Part shown: positions 27,430 to 41,089 of the stretch, in pieces
Numbering within the stretch: position 1 is the first letter of the stretch
How the letters are laid out: each line of letters starts with the position of its first letter
Assembly (NCBI GenBank): GCA_028534125.1
Contig: CM052816.1
Location: forward strand, 8,434,001 to 8,498,000
DNA: 64,000 nucleotides
Reading direction: 5' to 3'
From: Lama glama
Taxonomy: Eukaryota
Made by a program: the position numbers and the translations under genes
The notes under the pieces: model-generated
Database searches by the model: none
Seen by the model: the letters and a program-made list of their open reading frames with translations, nothing else
What the model was told of the DNA's origin: nothing

Positions 27430-28160
27430 GCATAATTAGAATCCCAAAAAGAGGAGACAGACAATGGGTAGAAGAAATATTTGAAGACATAATGGTCAAG
27501 AATTTTCCAACATTAATGACAGACACCAAACTATAGATCCAAGAATCTCAGAGGATACCAAGAAGGACAAATACAAAACAAAACAACACAACACCCACAC
27601 CTACACATATCATATTCAAAATGCTGAAAACAGAAGATAAAGATAAATCCTGAAGACAGCCAAAGGAAAAAACACACATTACATACACAGGAACAAAGGT
27701 AAGAATTATAGCCAACTTCTTACTGAAAAGCATACAAGCCAGAAGATGGACTGATACCTTTACCACAGAAATATAACTGTGAACCCAGAATTCTATACCC
27801 AGAGAAAATATCTTTTAAAAGATGAAGGAGAAATAAAAACTTTCTCAGACAAATAAACACTAAGAGGACTTACTGCCAGCAGACTAGCATAACTGTATAT
27901 ACATATACTAGACAAAAACTGAGGTCTACATGATACACAACAATAAAAAAATAAAATGAAAGAAACGGAAATAAAATAAAATCCATTTTTTAATTTAAAA
28001 AATTTTCGATTGCTCTAAAAGATAACTGTCTAAAGGGAAAACAAGAATGCATTTTGTTACACAAAATAAAATGTATAAAACCAACAGACCAGAGAATAGG
28101 GGGGCAATTAGGAACTGTAAGGTCTTATACTAGATATGAAGTAGTACAGTATTATTTGAA
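27430..28160 (+). mobile_element. old L1M fragment (ORF1 region)
   Basis: gaagaaatatttgaagacataatggtcaagaattttcca...cccagaattctatacccagagaaaatatc...gaaggagaaataaaaactttctcagac is typical decayed L1 ORF1. Confidence 0.8.
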
Positions 28161-29079
28161 GGAATAGTTTTGAAAAGCTTCAAGGGAAGAACATATCTCA
28201 CCTCGGCTCTGAAGTCTAGGTCAGAGATGAAAGAATGAGGGAGAACTTGGAAAATGGATGAGGGAGAAGAAGACACAAACAGCAATAGTTATGGGGTTGG
28301 AGGGAAAGACTGAAAAATTGGAATGATACGATTAAAGCACTCAGGAAAAAGTCAACTAGAATGCCAGACTCCGGGGCTGAACCTGCAGGAGGTAAGACTG
28401 GAGTGAAGTATCAGTTTCTTATGTAATCCCAAGAAGCTGGACTCCATCCTGTAAGCTATGGCTGACAAAGGCATAAACTCCACGACGACGCAGGAATGCA
28501 GGTTTGACATTTCACTGGTGCAGCTCTTGATGGCTCTTAAAGGAGATGGATAAATCTAAGATGAATTCTGAAGTGGACCACACAAAAGGATAGTGTATGG
28601 GATTATGGAGGAGGAAATGGAAAAATAGGAGGCAACAAAAAGTTCGACTTAAGATTTCATAGGTTTGAGATTTTTAGATGTCCAAATAAGGATGTTCAGT
28701 AAGCAATTAGAAATGGCAGTGTCAAGCACAGGAGAGAAGCCAAAATTGAAAAAAATAAACAGGGAGGGGAGGAGTATACAGGTCATCAGCACATAAGTAG
28801 TATCTCATTTTTCTCTGAATTCCATTGTTTAGATGTTCAATAAGTGTTTGTTGAATATATGCTTTATCTTCCCAACTAGGTTAAAAATTATCTAAGGAGT
28901 TGTTTTATACTTTTTGTGTACCCTCTCAACATAGAACTGGGCACCAGGAGGCACTTAGTAAGTCTTCCGTTGATGGATAGATTGGTTTTTACTTTTAAAA
29001 GTAATTTCAACAAAAAAAATTTCAAAAAAGAATTCACGCTCACTTTTAAATTTTAATTTTTGTCTCTTTGAAAGATATA

Positions 29080-29660
29080 TTGCATTGGGAATGTAAAATG
29101 GTACAAACAGTGTGGAAAACAGTTTGATAGTTCCTCAAATAGTTAAACAGAATTACTATACGACCCAGCAATTCCACTCCTAAGTATATACCCAAATTGA
29201 GAACAGGGATCAAGCAAATACTTGTACATCATGTTCATAACAGTATTATTCACAATAGTCAAAAGGTGAAAACAACCTAAGTATCCATCAACAGATGAAT
29301 AGGAAAAAAAAAATACAGCCTAAGCCCACAAATGAAATACTACTTAGCCACTTAAAAGAAATGACATTCCGGTATTTTTCATCTACAACATGGATGAACT
29401 CTGAAACCATTATGCTGAGTGAAAGAAGCCAGACACAAAACAAGAAATATTACATGATTCCACTTACATTAAACATGTAGAATAGGCAAACTCATAGAGA
29501 CAGAAAGTAGACTGAGGTTACCAGGGACTTGAGGAATGCAGAATTACTGCTTACTGTTTACAGTTTCTGTTTCAAGTTCTGGAAATAGATAGTAGTAATG
29601 GTTACACAACATTGTGAATGTACTTAATGCTACTGAATCGTACACTTAAAATGGCCAATG
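29080..29660 (+). mobile_element. L1MB-type 3' end
   Basis: gacccagcaattccactcctaagtatataccc...atggatgaactctgaaaccattatgctgagtgaaagaagccagacac...acaacattgtgaatgtacttaatg. Confidence 0.85.
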
Positions 29661-30990
29661 TTCTATTATATATAATTCTAATGTACACAAAACCAGGAGG
29701 GGAGGAAGCAAAGTATAATATTCCAAGGTTCTTACACTACATATGAAATAGTATAATGTCACTTGAAGGTAAACTGCGACACTTAAAGATGTATACTATA
29801 AACCCTAATGTATACTATAAACCCTAACAAAGAGTTGTGGATAATAAACAAAGGAGATAAAATGGAATCGCAGAAAATACTAAATAAAATAACCTATATC
29901 TAAGGTTTATGGAAAACTTCTGAAGTCTTAACATTTACCTGATATTAATGTGAACAAGTCACCTACCAAAAAAGTCTCTCTTCTCTTAAAGGAAAAAATC
30001 TCTGTTAAACTAGGCTAGAATAGGTGGGGACTGTGTAGTTTGGAAATGATTTTCCAGTACTCACATGGCTTGTAAGCAGTGGAACCATGACAAGAATCTA
30101 AGACTGTCTGATTCAAACCTACCTTCTGTCTCTGGACTGCTTAGTTTGAAACTTTTCAAATCTTCAGAAAAGTTCAAAGAATGATACATGGAACACCAGT
30201 ATAGTCACAGCTGTGAATATTCTGCTACATCTGCACTCTCCATACACACAGGTTGGTTTGCTTGGGGTTTTTTCCCCTGAACTATTTGAAGTTGCAGGCA
30301 CACTACAACCTTAAACAACTTAACTGAACCAACATTTTTAACCACTGTCCCTTGCTGCCTCTTCTTCAAAAGGAGCATTCATTAACATGAGAACAAATTA
30401 TTTGGATACAGTCTTCAAAAATCTGCACTGGCTCCCCACCTCCTACTGAATATAGTCGAATACCTTTAGAATAGTCTTCTTCTAAGAACAAATGAGACTG
30501 AAACTGCCTTTCTTTTTTTCATTCCATGCACCACTGTTCCAATCACGAGTCCATAAAAACATTGAGAATTGTTTGCTCTTCAAAGCCTTTGCTCATGTCA
30601 TTCTTTTAGTATGGAATGTCTTCCCTTCTGTCTCCATTTATCTTGGTCTTTTTCTAATCCTTTAAGGCTCACCTCAAATGCCATAGGAGAAAGGGGCTGA
30701 AATTCTTCTAGGCTATGCTTCCCCAACATATGACATATAACTATTTTAAGTTTACATGTCTCTCAAACAAGAGTATCATTTCAGGGCTGACACCAAGTCA
30801 TCCTCATTTCTACATAACCCGACACCTAACACAATGCCTCCCACTTGCTATGTACGGTTATATACCTATGTTTATTGAAATGAACAAACAGGTGAAGTTT
30901 CAAGTAAATATAATGAAGACCAAAAAAGTTCCTTGTTTTCCAGTTATCACAAATGATTAACAATATCCATTTATGTCTGTTTTGGAGGAG

Positions 30991-31103
30991 TTTTTCTAGG
31001 GGGGTAAATTTGGTTTGTTTGTTTTTAATGGAGGTACTGGTGACTGAACCCAGGATCTCGCGCATACTAAGCATTCATTTTACCACTGAGCTATACCCTA
31101 CCT
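30991..31103 (-). mobile_element. camelid Vic-1-type SINE
   Basis: Same tRNA-like core on the reverse strand (ggaggtactggtgactgaacccaggatctcg...ccactgagctataccc). Confidence 0.8.
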
Positions 31104-32519
31104 CCCTGCACCCCATTTTCTATCTGTGAAGCAAAAAGAACCACTATAAAGCTTATATCCATAGCGCAAGCACTAAGACATATTGTTTCTTATATAAAGC
31201 CCAATATAAGACAAAATAATAAAATACTAAGAAAATAGCTTAATGTAAAGCATTGTAAAATAGTTCCTTGCACAGTAATTCACTGTGTTCAAAAAGATTT
31301 CCTCTACATCTCTCACTTGCCTCCTGAATAAATCTGTGAACAGAATATGAATTCCTATTTACCAGTATGAGAAAAATCAGTTTAATCACTTGCTCAACTG
31401 GTAGGACCAGATTCTCAATCCTCATCTTCCGATTTTCAAGTTTAATTCTCTTTCTAAAATACCACATGGCCCCCAACTTTGTTTCCTTGCTAGGAGGTCT
31501 AAGGAGCTAGTTCAAAGCAATAATTTTGTGACCAAGCACTCAACTCATTTCTGAGTCTATTATTAATTTTAATAAGTAAAGGTAACAAACTACTTGAAGT
31601 AGGTTTGATAAAAGGATTAAGAATGAAATTACTTTTGTCTTTCATATTACATATGCATTGGTAACATTTTCGTTTTCTATTAAGAGCAATGATGTCGAAT
31701 TTCCCTCTGTAGCTACATTTTGGTTAGAATAATTAGTGCCCCAGACAAAAGTCAAACAAGCCAAGCAGTCTCTGGCCTCCATTTACTTTTTCCTACTGGA
31801 AAAGCTACTCCCCAGCTATGTTCATAACTCTCTCTCTCACTTCTTTTAAATTTTTGCTCAAATGCTGCCCTACTCAGTTTCTTCCTAGAAAAAACACATA
31901 AAATAGCACTACTGCCACAGCCATGCTTCCCTCATGGGCCCTTTCCTGTCTTGAACAACTATGCCCTTTACTTTGCTTTTTTTTTCCTCCATGGCCCTTC
32001 TCACCATCTCAGACTAGACTTCTCTTTCTTGTGTTAATTGTCTGAACTTCCCACAAGAGCAGTGACTTGCTGTTTGGTTGACAGCTGTATCCCCAGAGCC
32101 TTGAACCAGGTATAGCACCTAGTAAGTGCTTAACAAATATTTTATTGAGGGAATGGATGAATAATAGTTTAAAAGTTATGTGGTAAAGAAAACAGTTACT
32201 CCTCCCCCTCACCCTGCTTTATGGTAGCCAAGTTTGTGTCAAGAAATTAGACTTTGGAAAGCATCTGCCTGGCAGGGAGTGGGTATGCTCATTAAAAGGG
32301 ACAGCAATGACCCCTGATGAATCTAATCTAGATCTTGCCAAAGCCCTGAAGAGGTCATCTCCGGATCTTCCCCCAGGAGGCAGCAAATTACAGTACAATG
32401 ATATCTAACATGGAGATCTGTTAAAATGCAGATTCTCAGGCAAATCCAGGAATGAGATGTAAGACTGCACCTTGGATGATTCCAAGCCAGTGGGCTGAAG
32501 GACATATTTGGAGAATTAC

Positions 32520-32740
32520 TAGGTACACCTGGAGTCAGAAAGATCTCCATTCAGATCCCAGCTACATTGTTCAACAGCTGCATGGCACTGGGTGAAAAAC
32601 TTCATTTTACTCAGCATTAATTTCTCACCTGTAAAATGGGGATAACATTCCCTAACTTGCAGTGTTGTATTAAAACTTATGCATGTAAAGTACCTAGCAC
32701 AGTACCTAGCACATAGCACTTGCTCAATAAATCACAGCTA
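32520..32740 (+). mobile_element. MIR SINE (representative; further copies near 560, 5370, 35250, 39180, 45340, 45600, 50810, 51640, 52490, 60000, 60200 and 62330)
   Basis: MIR core tttctcacctgtaaaatggggataacattccctaacttgcag...tgtaaagtacctagcacagtacctagcacatag. Confidence 0.8.
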
Positions 32741-33309
32741 CTAGTCTCTGTCCCTTGAGATTACTGAAGGAAAAAAAATAGGCTTATTTTTTTCCAGCAC
32801 GTTTGGCTCTCCATTTCTTACTGACTCAACTTTCCAAGACAGGAACTTCGGCTTAACCCAATACTGGATATCACATTAGTTCCATATTTCACATAAAGAG
32901 CCGTAGGGACAAGGAGGGAAAAAGGTATTAGAATGGGTGCCAGAAAGGAGTTTTTTAAGTCCTGAATGCTTCTAACTCACTGTGGTCCCCAATGTGAGCA
33001 ACGAAGGAGCCCTGTCTGATACTCTATGAATCTGGAAGAGCTGAGTCCTAAATTTGCAAATGACTTGCTGTGTAATTTCTGGCAAGGCTCTGGTCCTCTC
33101 TGTCTCCTTTCAGTGTCCCCACCTATCCAGCTAAAGAATTTCAACTTAGTCTATGAGCCTCGAAGCACAGGTCCTGATTAAACAGGTGTGTGGTTCTTAA
33201 AACCAAGGTAATCAAGTCCTCTCGCCAGCACAAACCTCAGCTTCCCAAACTGTCTAAGGTGGTGGTGGCGGCTCTGATCTCCTAGGTCCTGCTCCCAGAT
33301 ATCACAGAG

Positions 33310-34250
33310 TTGACGAGGCGCGACTACGGAGCGACAAGGACTCAGACGGAAGAGAAGCACCGTTATCTGCGAGATGCGGAGGCCCGCGGCGTGACGCGTA
33401 AGGTGGCGGTCAGCCGCTCTCAGCGCCAGGAGTGGGGTCTGGATCCCCAGGGTGCGGGAGTGCGGCTTTGACCCCGCCCTGCCTCCGCCCCTGCAGACCA
33501 CACAATAAACCCGACGCACGCCCACCTCTCAGGGCCCGGCCACGACCCCTGTGGCGGCCGTTGGTGCGGGCTTCCTATCAACACGCCTGGGACACAAGCC
33601 AGGACGACCCCAAGAGGGACCCGCTGACCGCGCGGGGGCCCGCCCGCTCTCTTCCCGCGTCTCGAGTCCCGTCCCCTCTCCTCACCTCTCGGGTCTGGGC
33701 CGTCCCGTGCCACGAGGTACCGAAGCGCGTCCTCCGCCGTGGCCGGACCGAGGGGATAAGGCGGCGCGGGCAGAGGTACCCACTCCCGGCTCGGCCTCCC
33801 TTTAACCGGCCCGTCCCCTTGCCCGCCCATTACTCGGCCCCTGGAGGAGGCGGAGCGCGGCCGGGCGGGACTGAGGGGAGCGGCGAGCCGGCAACCGCCA
33901 AGAGGTGCAGAAGGCGACTCAAGTGCGAACTCGCGGGCCGCCACTGTCACGTGGCACCACGGCAGAGCGACGCCGCCGCCAGCCAATGACGAGGGCCGGA
34001 CTGGCGTGGGGTGCCGCCCCTTGGCCGCTTTCCTCCTCGCGATTGGCTGCCTTATGAAGAAGGGGTCACGCGTCTCTGATTCTTAGGGAGATTGCTTCTT
34101 CGCTCCGGCCGCGATGAATCATCTTAGGGGGCAGTTCATGGGTTCTTCGCTTTGGCCCCGAAGATATAATGAGAAAACAGTATCGGGGACGTGGAAATGC
34201 TTTACCGAGATATGTAAAGTGCTCTGCGGTTGCGAGGGGCACCATCGTTA
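33310..34250 (-). promoter_or_regulatory. CpG-island promoter of SLC26A2
   Basis: CpG-dense. TATA-like TTAAAG (33805-33800), GC boxes, E-box GTCACGTGGC (33946-33955), and CCAAT boxes at 33983-33987 and 34042-34046 (reverse). Confidence 0.85.
33686..33780 (-). other. SLC26A2: SLC26A2 non-coding exon 1 (5' end approximate)
   Basis: Donor GAG|GTGAGG (GT at 33685-33684) inside the CpG island. TATA-like TTAAAG at 33805-33800 lies just upstream. Confidence 0.65.
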
Positions 34251-36839
34251 TCTCTGACTCCTTGGGACCCCGTTACCTCCCAGTCCCTCCTTTGTAGATA
34301 GAGAAATGGAGGCCCTGAATGGAAATGAGTGGTCAGCTAGAAACTTACTCTCCACAGAAGGTCCCAATAGGCAGAGGCTCTTTTTAAGATGTAAATGAAA
34401 ATATAAAAATAAATATGAAATTTAATTACAATCCTCGTTTAAAACCCTCAGTGGCTTTCCTTGACACTTACAGATACCAAACCTCTCCCTATGTCCTGGC
34501 CCCTTCCTCCTCACTTGGTATCTCTCCTTCCCTCAGTCTTCTCCACCCATCCTGGTTTCCTTTGCTAGCCAAGCTTGTTCTTTCAGGACCTAAACACTGG
34601 TGTCTAAACCTGGTTTCTACTCGTCTCCTCGGGTCTCACCCTATCCGCCCACACACGGTTTCCTTAGCACCTTTCCTGCCAGTCACCTCCTACCATGTCG
34701 TCTTGATTTAATTATCTGCCCGGAACTGGGACATTATTTTGATGTTGAGCATATGTTTATTAATTTGTTCGTCTTTCCTCTTGAATTGCGTGCGCGGGTG
34801 GCGGGGGCGGAAGAGGCACAGATGCTGATCAGTAGCTGGGAATGGAAGAGGACTTGTGAAAGAAGCAAAACGGTTAATTGCCTTTCCTTTCCAATGAACC
34901 TCCTCACAGTTGTTTAAGGAACTCCCTTTTTTATCCTGAGATGATCCTCAAATTTCTATCACCCATCAGATTCAGAACTTCCAAAAGTCACAAGCTGTAT
35001 CAAGATCAGAACACCTGAGTTCTACTCCTAATGCTGTCCCTTACCACTGGAGGCAAATCACTTGATTTCAGTTGATGGTCCCATATTTGGAAGGTAATTA
35101 ATGACCCCATACCCGGGGTCCTGGAGACAGTCAAGTAAAATAATAAATGTTAAAGTATTTTGTCAACTCCCTATAAACTGCAAAACAAGCAGAATGACAA
35201 CATTTGACAATTTCTGGATATTTATTTCTGGATGCACAAAATTTCACATTTATTATCTTATTTAAGCCTCAAAGCAGCTTTTGAGGAGGTACTGTATTAT
35301 GATTCTCCCTTTATAGGTGAGGAAATGAGACTCAGATGTTAGGTGGCTTGTTCAAGGTCGCACAGGTTAATAAGTGACAATAACATAACCCAGTTACATC
35401 TGCCTGAAAAGCTCACTCTTAACCACTATATCCCCGTGTTAGTCAAATGTAGGAATCCACCCCCATCCTTGCGTGTAATAGACACCACTAAAGAGTAGTT
35501 TGATTTAATAATGGCTATCATTTTCTCTCTCTTATTCCATATGTTCTAGTCTATGTTATAGATGAGGAAACTGCGGCTTGGAATATTGTTACTTAACAAG
35601 TAGTGGATTTTGAGGTGGGACAGAAGTGGATTTTCTTCCAGGGAGCTGTCAGATGCCAAAACCCCTTTAGGTTAGCCAGTGGTGCCTCTCTCCCTCCCAG
35701 TTCAGCATCCTGGGCTGCTATTTAATGTTGTGGTCCCCCTACCTTCCCACATATAAATCCCCCCACAGAGCTATACTTTGATCCGCCACTCCTACCTTAC
35801 CTTCATCATGCCCTAGTTCTCTGCAGCAGGAATCTAAGATGTGAAACAGATAACCCAACCCCTGCTACTAGAGAGCTGGCTAAATAATAATCTGCTTTTC
35901 TTCAATAACAGCATGTCAGCAGCCCAGCCAGCCAGAACCCAGGTCTCTTCACCCCTCCCATCTAAGCCTGGGCATTTTCTCTCTTGTTGATCTCAGAGTT
36001 AACACAGGTGGTTGCCAGCTGGATGGTTACATATTATAGCCATTACTCTGTCCCAAATTGCTTTCCAAAGAGTAATGATGTGTTAACTGGGGATGTTATG
36101 GGCCAGCAAAAAATCATCTCAGGTTAGAGACCACTTCCGGATTCACTTCCTCAGCCCTTCCTGTCTACGCACTCTTCCCAGGAAGGACAGGTCACTTCCT
36201 CTCAGACCCCACTATTGAATGGACTCTTCCCGATTTGTTATTTGGGATTTATTTTCACTACCAAAGCTTTTTTACTTTCTTTTTAAAAATTTAACTCGAT
36301 TGTTCTTGGAAATAAATAACATGTACAAATAAACAAATTCAAAATATCAAAGACTTTACAATGAAAAATAGATTCTCTTCCCACACTATCCATTCTTACC
36401 TCAGCATCCTTTTCTAGAGGCAGACACAGCACCACTTTCCTGTGTTGTCTTCCAGGTTAAGCTATACCAGCAGTTCTCAAATCTGCACATCAGAATTCCC
36501 TGGGGGAATTTTTGGAAGGTAAAAATGTTTGGGTCTCACCCCCAGGTGTTATGATTGAGTTGGTATACAGTGGGCGTAGACATTGATATTTTTTAAAATT
36601 CCTCCAGAAGATTCTAATGCACATCTACAGTTAACAAATCAGAGATCTATGCATATACAAGACTCCCTCCCTCAATCAATCAACCAATCAATCTCTCAGA
36701 TAGACAGATAGATAGGTAGGCAGACATATATATATTTTTTCAACACAAGGGGCATGCTATTCTATACTATTCTATACTCTTAAAAATTAATAATATTAAA
36801 CCTTGAAGATTGTTCCATATCAGTGCATAAAAAGCAGCT

Positions 36840-37325
36840 TTCTGCCTATATGTTGCTGAGTAACAAATTACTCTAAAACTTAATGGCTTAAAACAACAAT
36901 AATCACTTTTGTTATTTCTCAGGGTTTCTGTGGGTCAGAAATTTGATAAGAGCTTGACTGGGTGGTTCCAGCTTGGGGTCCCCCATAGAGCTATGTCAGA
37001 TAGTGGCAAGAGTAGGGACAGGGGATGGGACTGAAGCAGCTGAAGGCCATCTGGACATCTCTCTTCATGTAGTCTTAGGGCCTATTTTGGGGTCTCTGTG
37101 TAGGCTAGTTTGAGCTTCCCACACCACGGCAGTTTCAGGGCAGTCTGTGCTTAAATGACCTCTGAAGGCTTTAAGAGTTCTAGCAAGCAAAGGAGGATGC
37201 TGTATAGCCTATTAAGATCTAGCCTCAAAAGTCACATACTTCCAAGTCTCCATGGGAGAAGTGTCAAAGTCACAATGTAAAAAGGGCATGTGGGGTGGGA
37301 AATGTCACTGTGGCCACCTTTGGCC
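36840..37325 (-). mobile_element. MLT1-type (MaLR) LTR
   Basis: ttgctgagtaacaaattactctaaaacttaatggcttaaaacaacaat...tctgtgggtcagaaatttg...ctagcctcaaaagtcaca. Confidence 0.75.
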
Positions 37326-37395
37326 ATGGCAACTGCATTGTATTCCACTGTTTAGGGAGACCATCATTTAAGCATTGATGTTGTTTCCATACCTA

Positions 37396-37524
37396 TTTTT
37401 TTCGGGGGCAGGGGTGGGTAATTAGATTTATGTATGTATTTTTTTTTTAATGGGAGGTATTAGGGAGTGAACCCAGGGCCTTGTGCATGCTAGGCATGCA
37501 CTCTACCACTGAGATACACCCTCT
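37396..37524 (-). mobile_element. camelid Vic-1-type SINE
   Basis: ggtaattagattta...gaacccagggccttgtgcatgctaggcatgcactctaccactgaga. Confidence 0.8.
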
Positions 37525-38420
37525 GCCCAGGAAGTAACCATTCTCAAGAAGAGATCCCTTCTTCCTGTTGGCCTTTGAGGGAAATTGGGCTGAACCGTCC
37601 CAGAGGGAGAAAGAATGGACAGCCAGTAGTCAGAGGGAAAGGAGACTTAAAAGCCACCCCTGTGGGTCTAGGCTTCATAGGGTCCTTGAATGGCAAGGAC
37701 CTGAGTCTCTCCCCGCCCTGGAGAGGTGGGAGGCTTTCCCACAGGGATGGCTGTTGGTGACCCTGGGAGCCGGGAGCCATAGCAAGGACCCTGGAACCCT
37801 GGCAAAGAGCAGAACTGTTTCAGGGGCCATACCAGCTTGGATGAGGGCTGTATTTGTGGTAGCAGAATGGACCAAACAAAGGTCAGAGGGCTTTTCTCTG
37901 GCTGGACTGAGTTAGACTAACAGGACTACACATGAGCCGTGGGTAGGGCAGTGGTCACGGTAATTGCTGGGATTGGATATCCTGCCTGCACTGTGGGGTG
38001 GAGGCTTGGAGCATATAAAATTTGATTTGGAGAAAGAAAAGAAATGTGACTCTTGTACCTGAGGTGAAGCAGTACAAGTCACTCTTGCTATAATATTCAG
38101 GTACAGAAAGTGATCTGTTATTTGACGTTTCACGGTGGTCATAAGCCCCAGTATCCCAGATTTGTTCTTTCAGGGTTATGAGCTAGATACTGTGAGAAAC
38201 GCTCATTCAAAACAGAACATGATCTTTGCACTAACATATTGACTCTCCCATTATTTCTTTACTTAAACTCTTAATGTTTTTTGATAGCCAGAACAATATC
38301 TTAAAATATTAGTAGTTGAAGTTGTTCTTTCTGGTCAAGTTTTTTATAAGGAGTTAAGAAAAGAAACAAGTGTGCAAATACTTAACTGCACAAATGTTCA
38401 TTAAGAAAACCAAAAATATT

Positions 38421-38520
38421 GGGGGTTGGGGGTGTAGCTCAGTGATAGTGTGCATGCTTGGCACGCACAAGGTCCTGTGTTCAATCCCCAGTGCCTCTGT
38501 TAAAGAAAAAAAAAAAAGAA
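38421..38520 (+). mobile_element. camelid Vic-1-type SINE within an old L1M fragment
   Basis: ggtgtagctcagtgatagtgtgcatgcttggcacgcacaaggtcctgtgttcaatccccagt plus poly(A). Confidence 0.8.
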
Positions 38521-39060
38521 ACAGCCTAAATAACCAACAATTAGAAATATGTTAAATAAATTATGATACAGACATCCAATGGAAGTATTATGAGGCCATT
38601 AAAAAGCATATGGTAATGGAATATTTAATGGCACAGAAAGATGTTTACATATATTGTTAAACCAACAAAATATATACTGTACAACAACAGTTTTGTTTTA
38701 AAAATTATATTTATATGATTGGCAAAGGTGGACATATATCCAAATGTCTCTCTGGTTGATAACTGTTATGTTATTTTTGTTTATCTGTATTTTCTCAATT
38801 TTCTACAGTACAAAGATATATTACTTTAAAAAAAGAAAAATAATAAAAGTAGGAAAATAAGTATATTTGCATTACTTCTGCTTTATACTGAATATCACTG
38901 CCTCACACTCAGCTTACATTAAAAATTTTTTTCTGGTCTTTTTTTTACATATGTAAAATATATTTATATATTTAATATATGTGAATAGGTAAAATAGTTT
39001 GTTTTAATACAAGCAGAATATTAAAATAAATATTAATATATAATAACATATGTAAAATAT

Positions 39061-39169
39061 TTATTTTTTTATTTTTATTTTTCCCTCTAACAGAGGCACT
39101 GGGGATTGAACCCAGGACCTTGTACATAACAAACACATGCTCTGCCACTGAGCTCTCCTCTCTGTCCCC
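39061..39169 (-). mobile_element. camelid Vic-1-type SINE
   Basis: T-rich tail, then gcactggggattgaacccaggaccttgtac...ctgccactgagct. Confidence 0.75.
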
Positions 39170-40400
39170 AGATTATCATTATTAATGACTACATTTATTG
39201 AGAACTGGCCACCAACCAAGTTTTGTACATATACTGCCTCTAAGTCTCACAATAGCTTATAAAATTAGTATTATTATTAACCACAATTTGTAAATGACAA
39301 AATGAGACCAGAGGTTAAGAGATTAGCCCAATATAAAAGTATGAATTACAGGAATAGGATTTGAACTCAGCTCACTCTGGTTCCAAAGCCCAAGTATATC
39401 CTCTTGCCTGTTGCCTTTCTACTTACTACTTTGGTTACAAAGCATGTACTGAGGACCCAATTTTACCTGACTTTTCAGGATTTCCCAAGCTTCTAACTGT
39501 TTTTGAATCACAGATCCCTTTCAGAATCCAAGCTTTAGAAAAATGACGTAAGGTTAAAAGGCACATACAGACAAATTTACATGGCCTGGGTGGATATCAA
39601 CCAGGTTAGATCTTCAAAGTAAAACAAAGAAAACTTCACAGACTATCCACACTCCAGAGTTAGACCCAACAGGAAACCCAAGTAGTTGAATAAAGTGACT
39701 AACTCAACAGGTGGCCGGATAGTTAGGACCTGACATCAACTCTATTTAGGTCAAGGGTAAGAACAAATGAAATATGGGAGAGAGCCAAGGTAAGTATAAA
39801 ATGAGAGTGGAGCCCAGCAAAATGAGAGCAAAGGCTGTTTCAGCAGTTCTAAGGGCTTCAGTTGGTGGGACCAAGGCAACTTCCTTGCTGTGGCTTCACA
39901 GAGGACGTGGATATCCTCTCCATATTTGGCAAGTAGGAGGGGAAAGTCTTTTGATCAGAAAAATGAGGCTAAATCAACATTAAACACCAGTGACATGTCC
40001 AGAAGGGGGACACGGCGCCCAAGGACATGCACATTACCCAGGTTTGCAGCACTTTCTCATGCCCCCTCTCCCAGGGAGCCAACATGTCTTTCCCACCTTC
40101 TTGCTTCTCTGCCCACTCCCTGCCCTCCATTCTCTCCACCCTCCATCCTAGGCCATTTCTTCACTTCTCTTGGAAAACTGCAACAGCTTCCTTACTATCT
40201 GACTAGCCCCAGATTCACTGTCCTGTTTTTTGTTTTGTTTTGTTCTGTTTTGTTTTCATCTTCCTATTTAAATGCTGATGTTTGAATCCTCTTTGCCTTG
40301 TCCTGGGCTTATATAACTTCAGCAACAGGGAATTCACTGTCTTTAAGGTAATCCAGTTAATCTTTGAGAGTTATGATTAGTTATTATGATTGAATGACTA

Positions 40401-40483
40401 CTATTAAATTGAATAGTATGAAACTGCTGTCTGTGTAGGACAAAAACAGTCAAATAGAGGCAGTTTCATCTGGTTCAACTTAG
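40401..40483. mobile_element. mariner MITE (MADE2-like), about 80-bp palindrome
   Basis: Inverted arms ttaaattgaatagtatgaaactgc and gcagtttcatctggttcaactta. Confidence 0.6.
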
Positions 40484-41089
40484 TGTGCCCTGGCTTTGCA
40501 CTATACAGTATATTATCTCACTTAATCGCCACAAGAGCCATGTAAAATAGTTCTAATTTTACATATAAACACAGTAAGGTCCAGGGAAATTAAATAATTT
40601 ACACAGAGAGCAAAAGACAGGCCCAGACTCAGTCCTAAGCCTAATTCCTGCACTCTACCTCTTAAGCACTTCGGGTGTTGATGTCTTAGGATAACATGTC
40701 TCTTACCTGCTGGCTTGTCTGGTTCTCTGGATCCTCCCTGAACAAGCTGGCACACACCACCCCCAGCAGTCTCTCAGAGCTCCTCCTAGCTGAACATCCT
40801 TAGTTCCTTCACCATCACTATTGACAGGAGTGATGCATGACTGGGGGCCGTGGGGACCTCCTCACCCAACACCGGGATTTGTGATGGCCACTGAGATGCT
40901 AATCAGTCCATTCTCATTCAAGCAGCTCCTGAATTTCAGGGTCCTCTTCTTTCCAAATAGTCCCTCACAAAACACCTTCCCACAAATACCTCTCCTTCAC
41001 CCAGCTGGTTCCCTGCTGCATCTTATTTCTTTCCTCTCCCGCCCCCTAACCCTGCTCTTTATCTCCAAACTCAGAGTCTTAAAATCACC

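Noticed and set aside
29789..29826. Perfect 19-bp tandem duplication; a similar short duplication lies at 12751-12784
   Set aside because: Two-copy slippage events inside old repeats. No spacers, so not CRISPR-like or otherwise functional-looking.
33178..33989. 185-188 aa ORFs on both strands
   Set aside because: CpG-island artefacts over the SLC26A2 promoter and exon 1.
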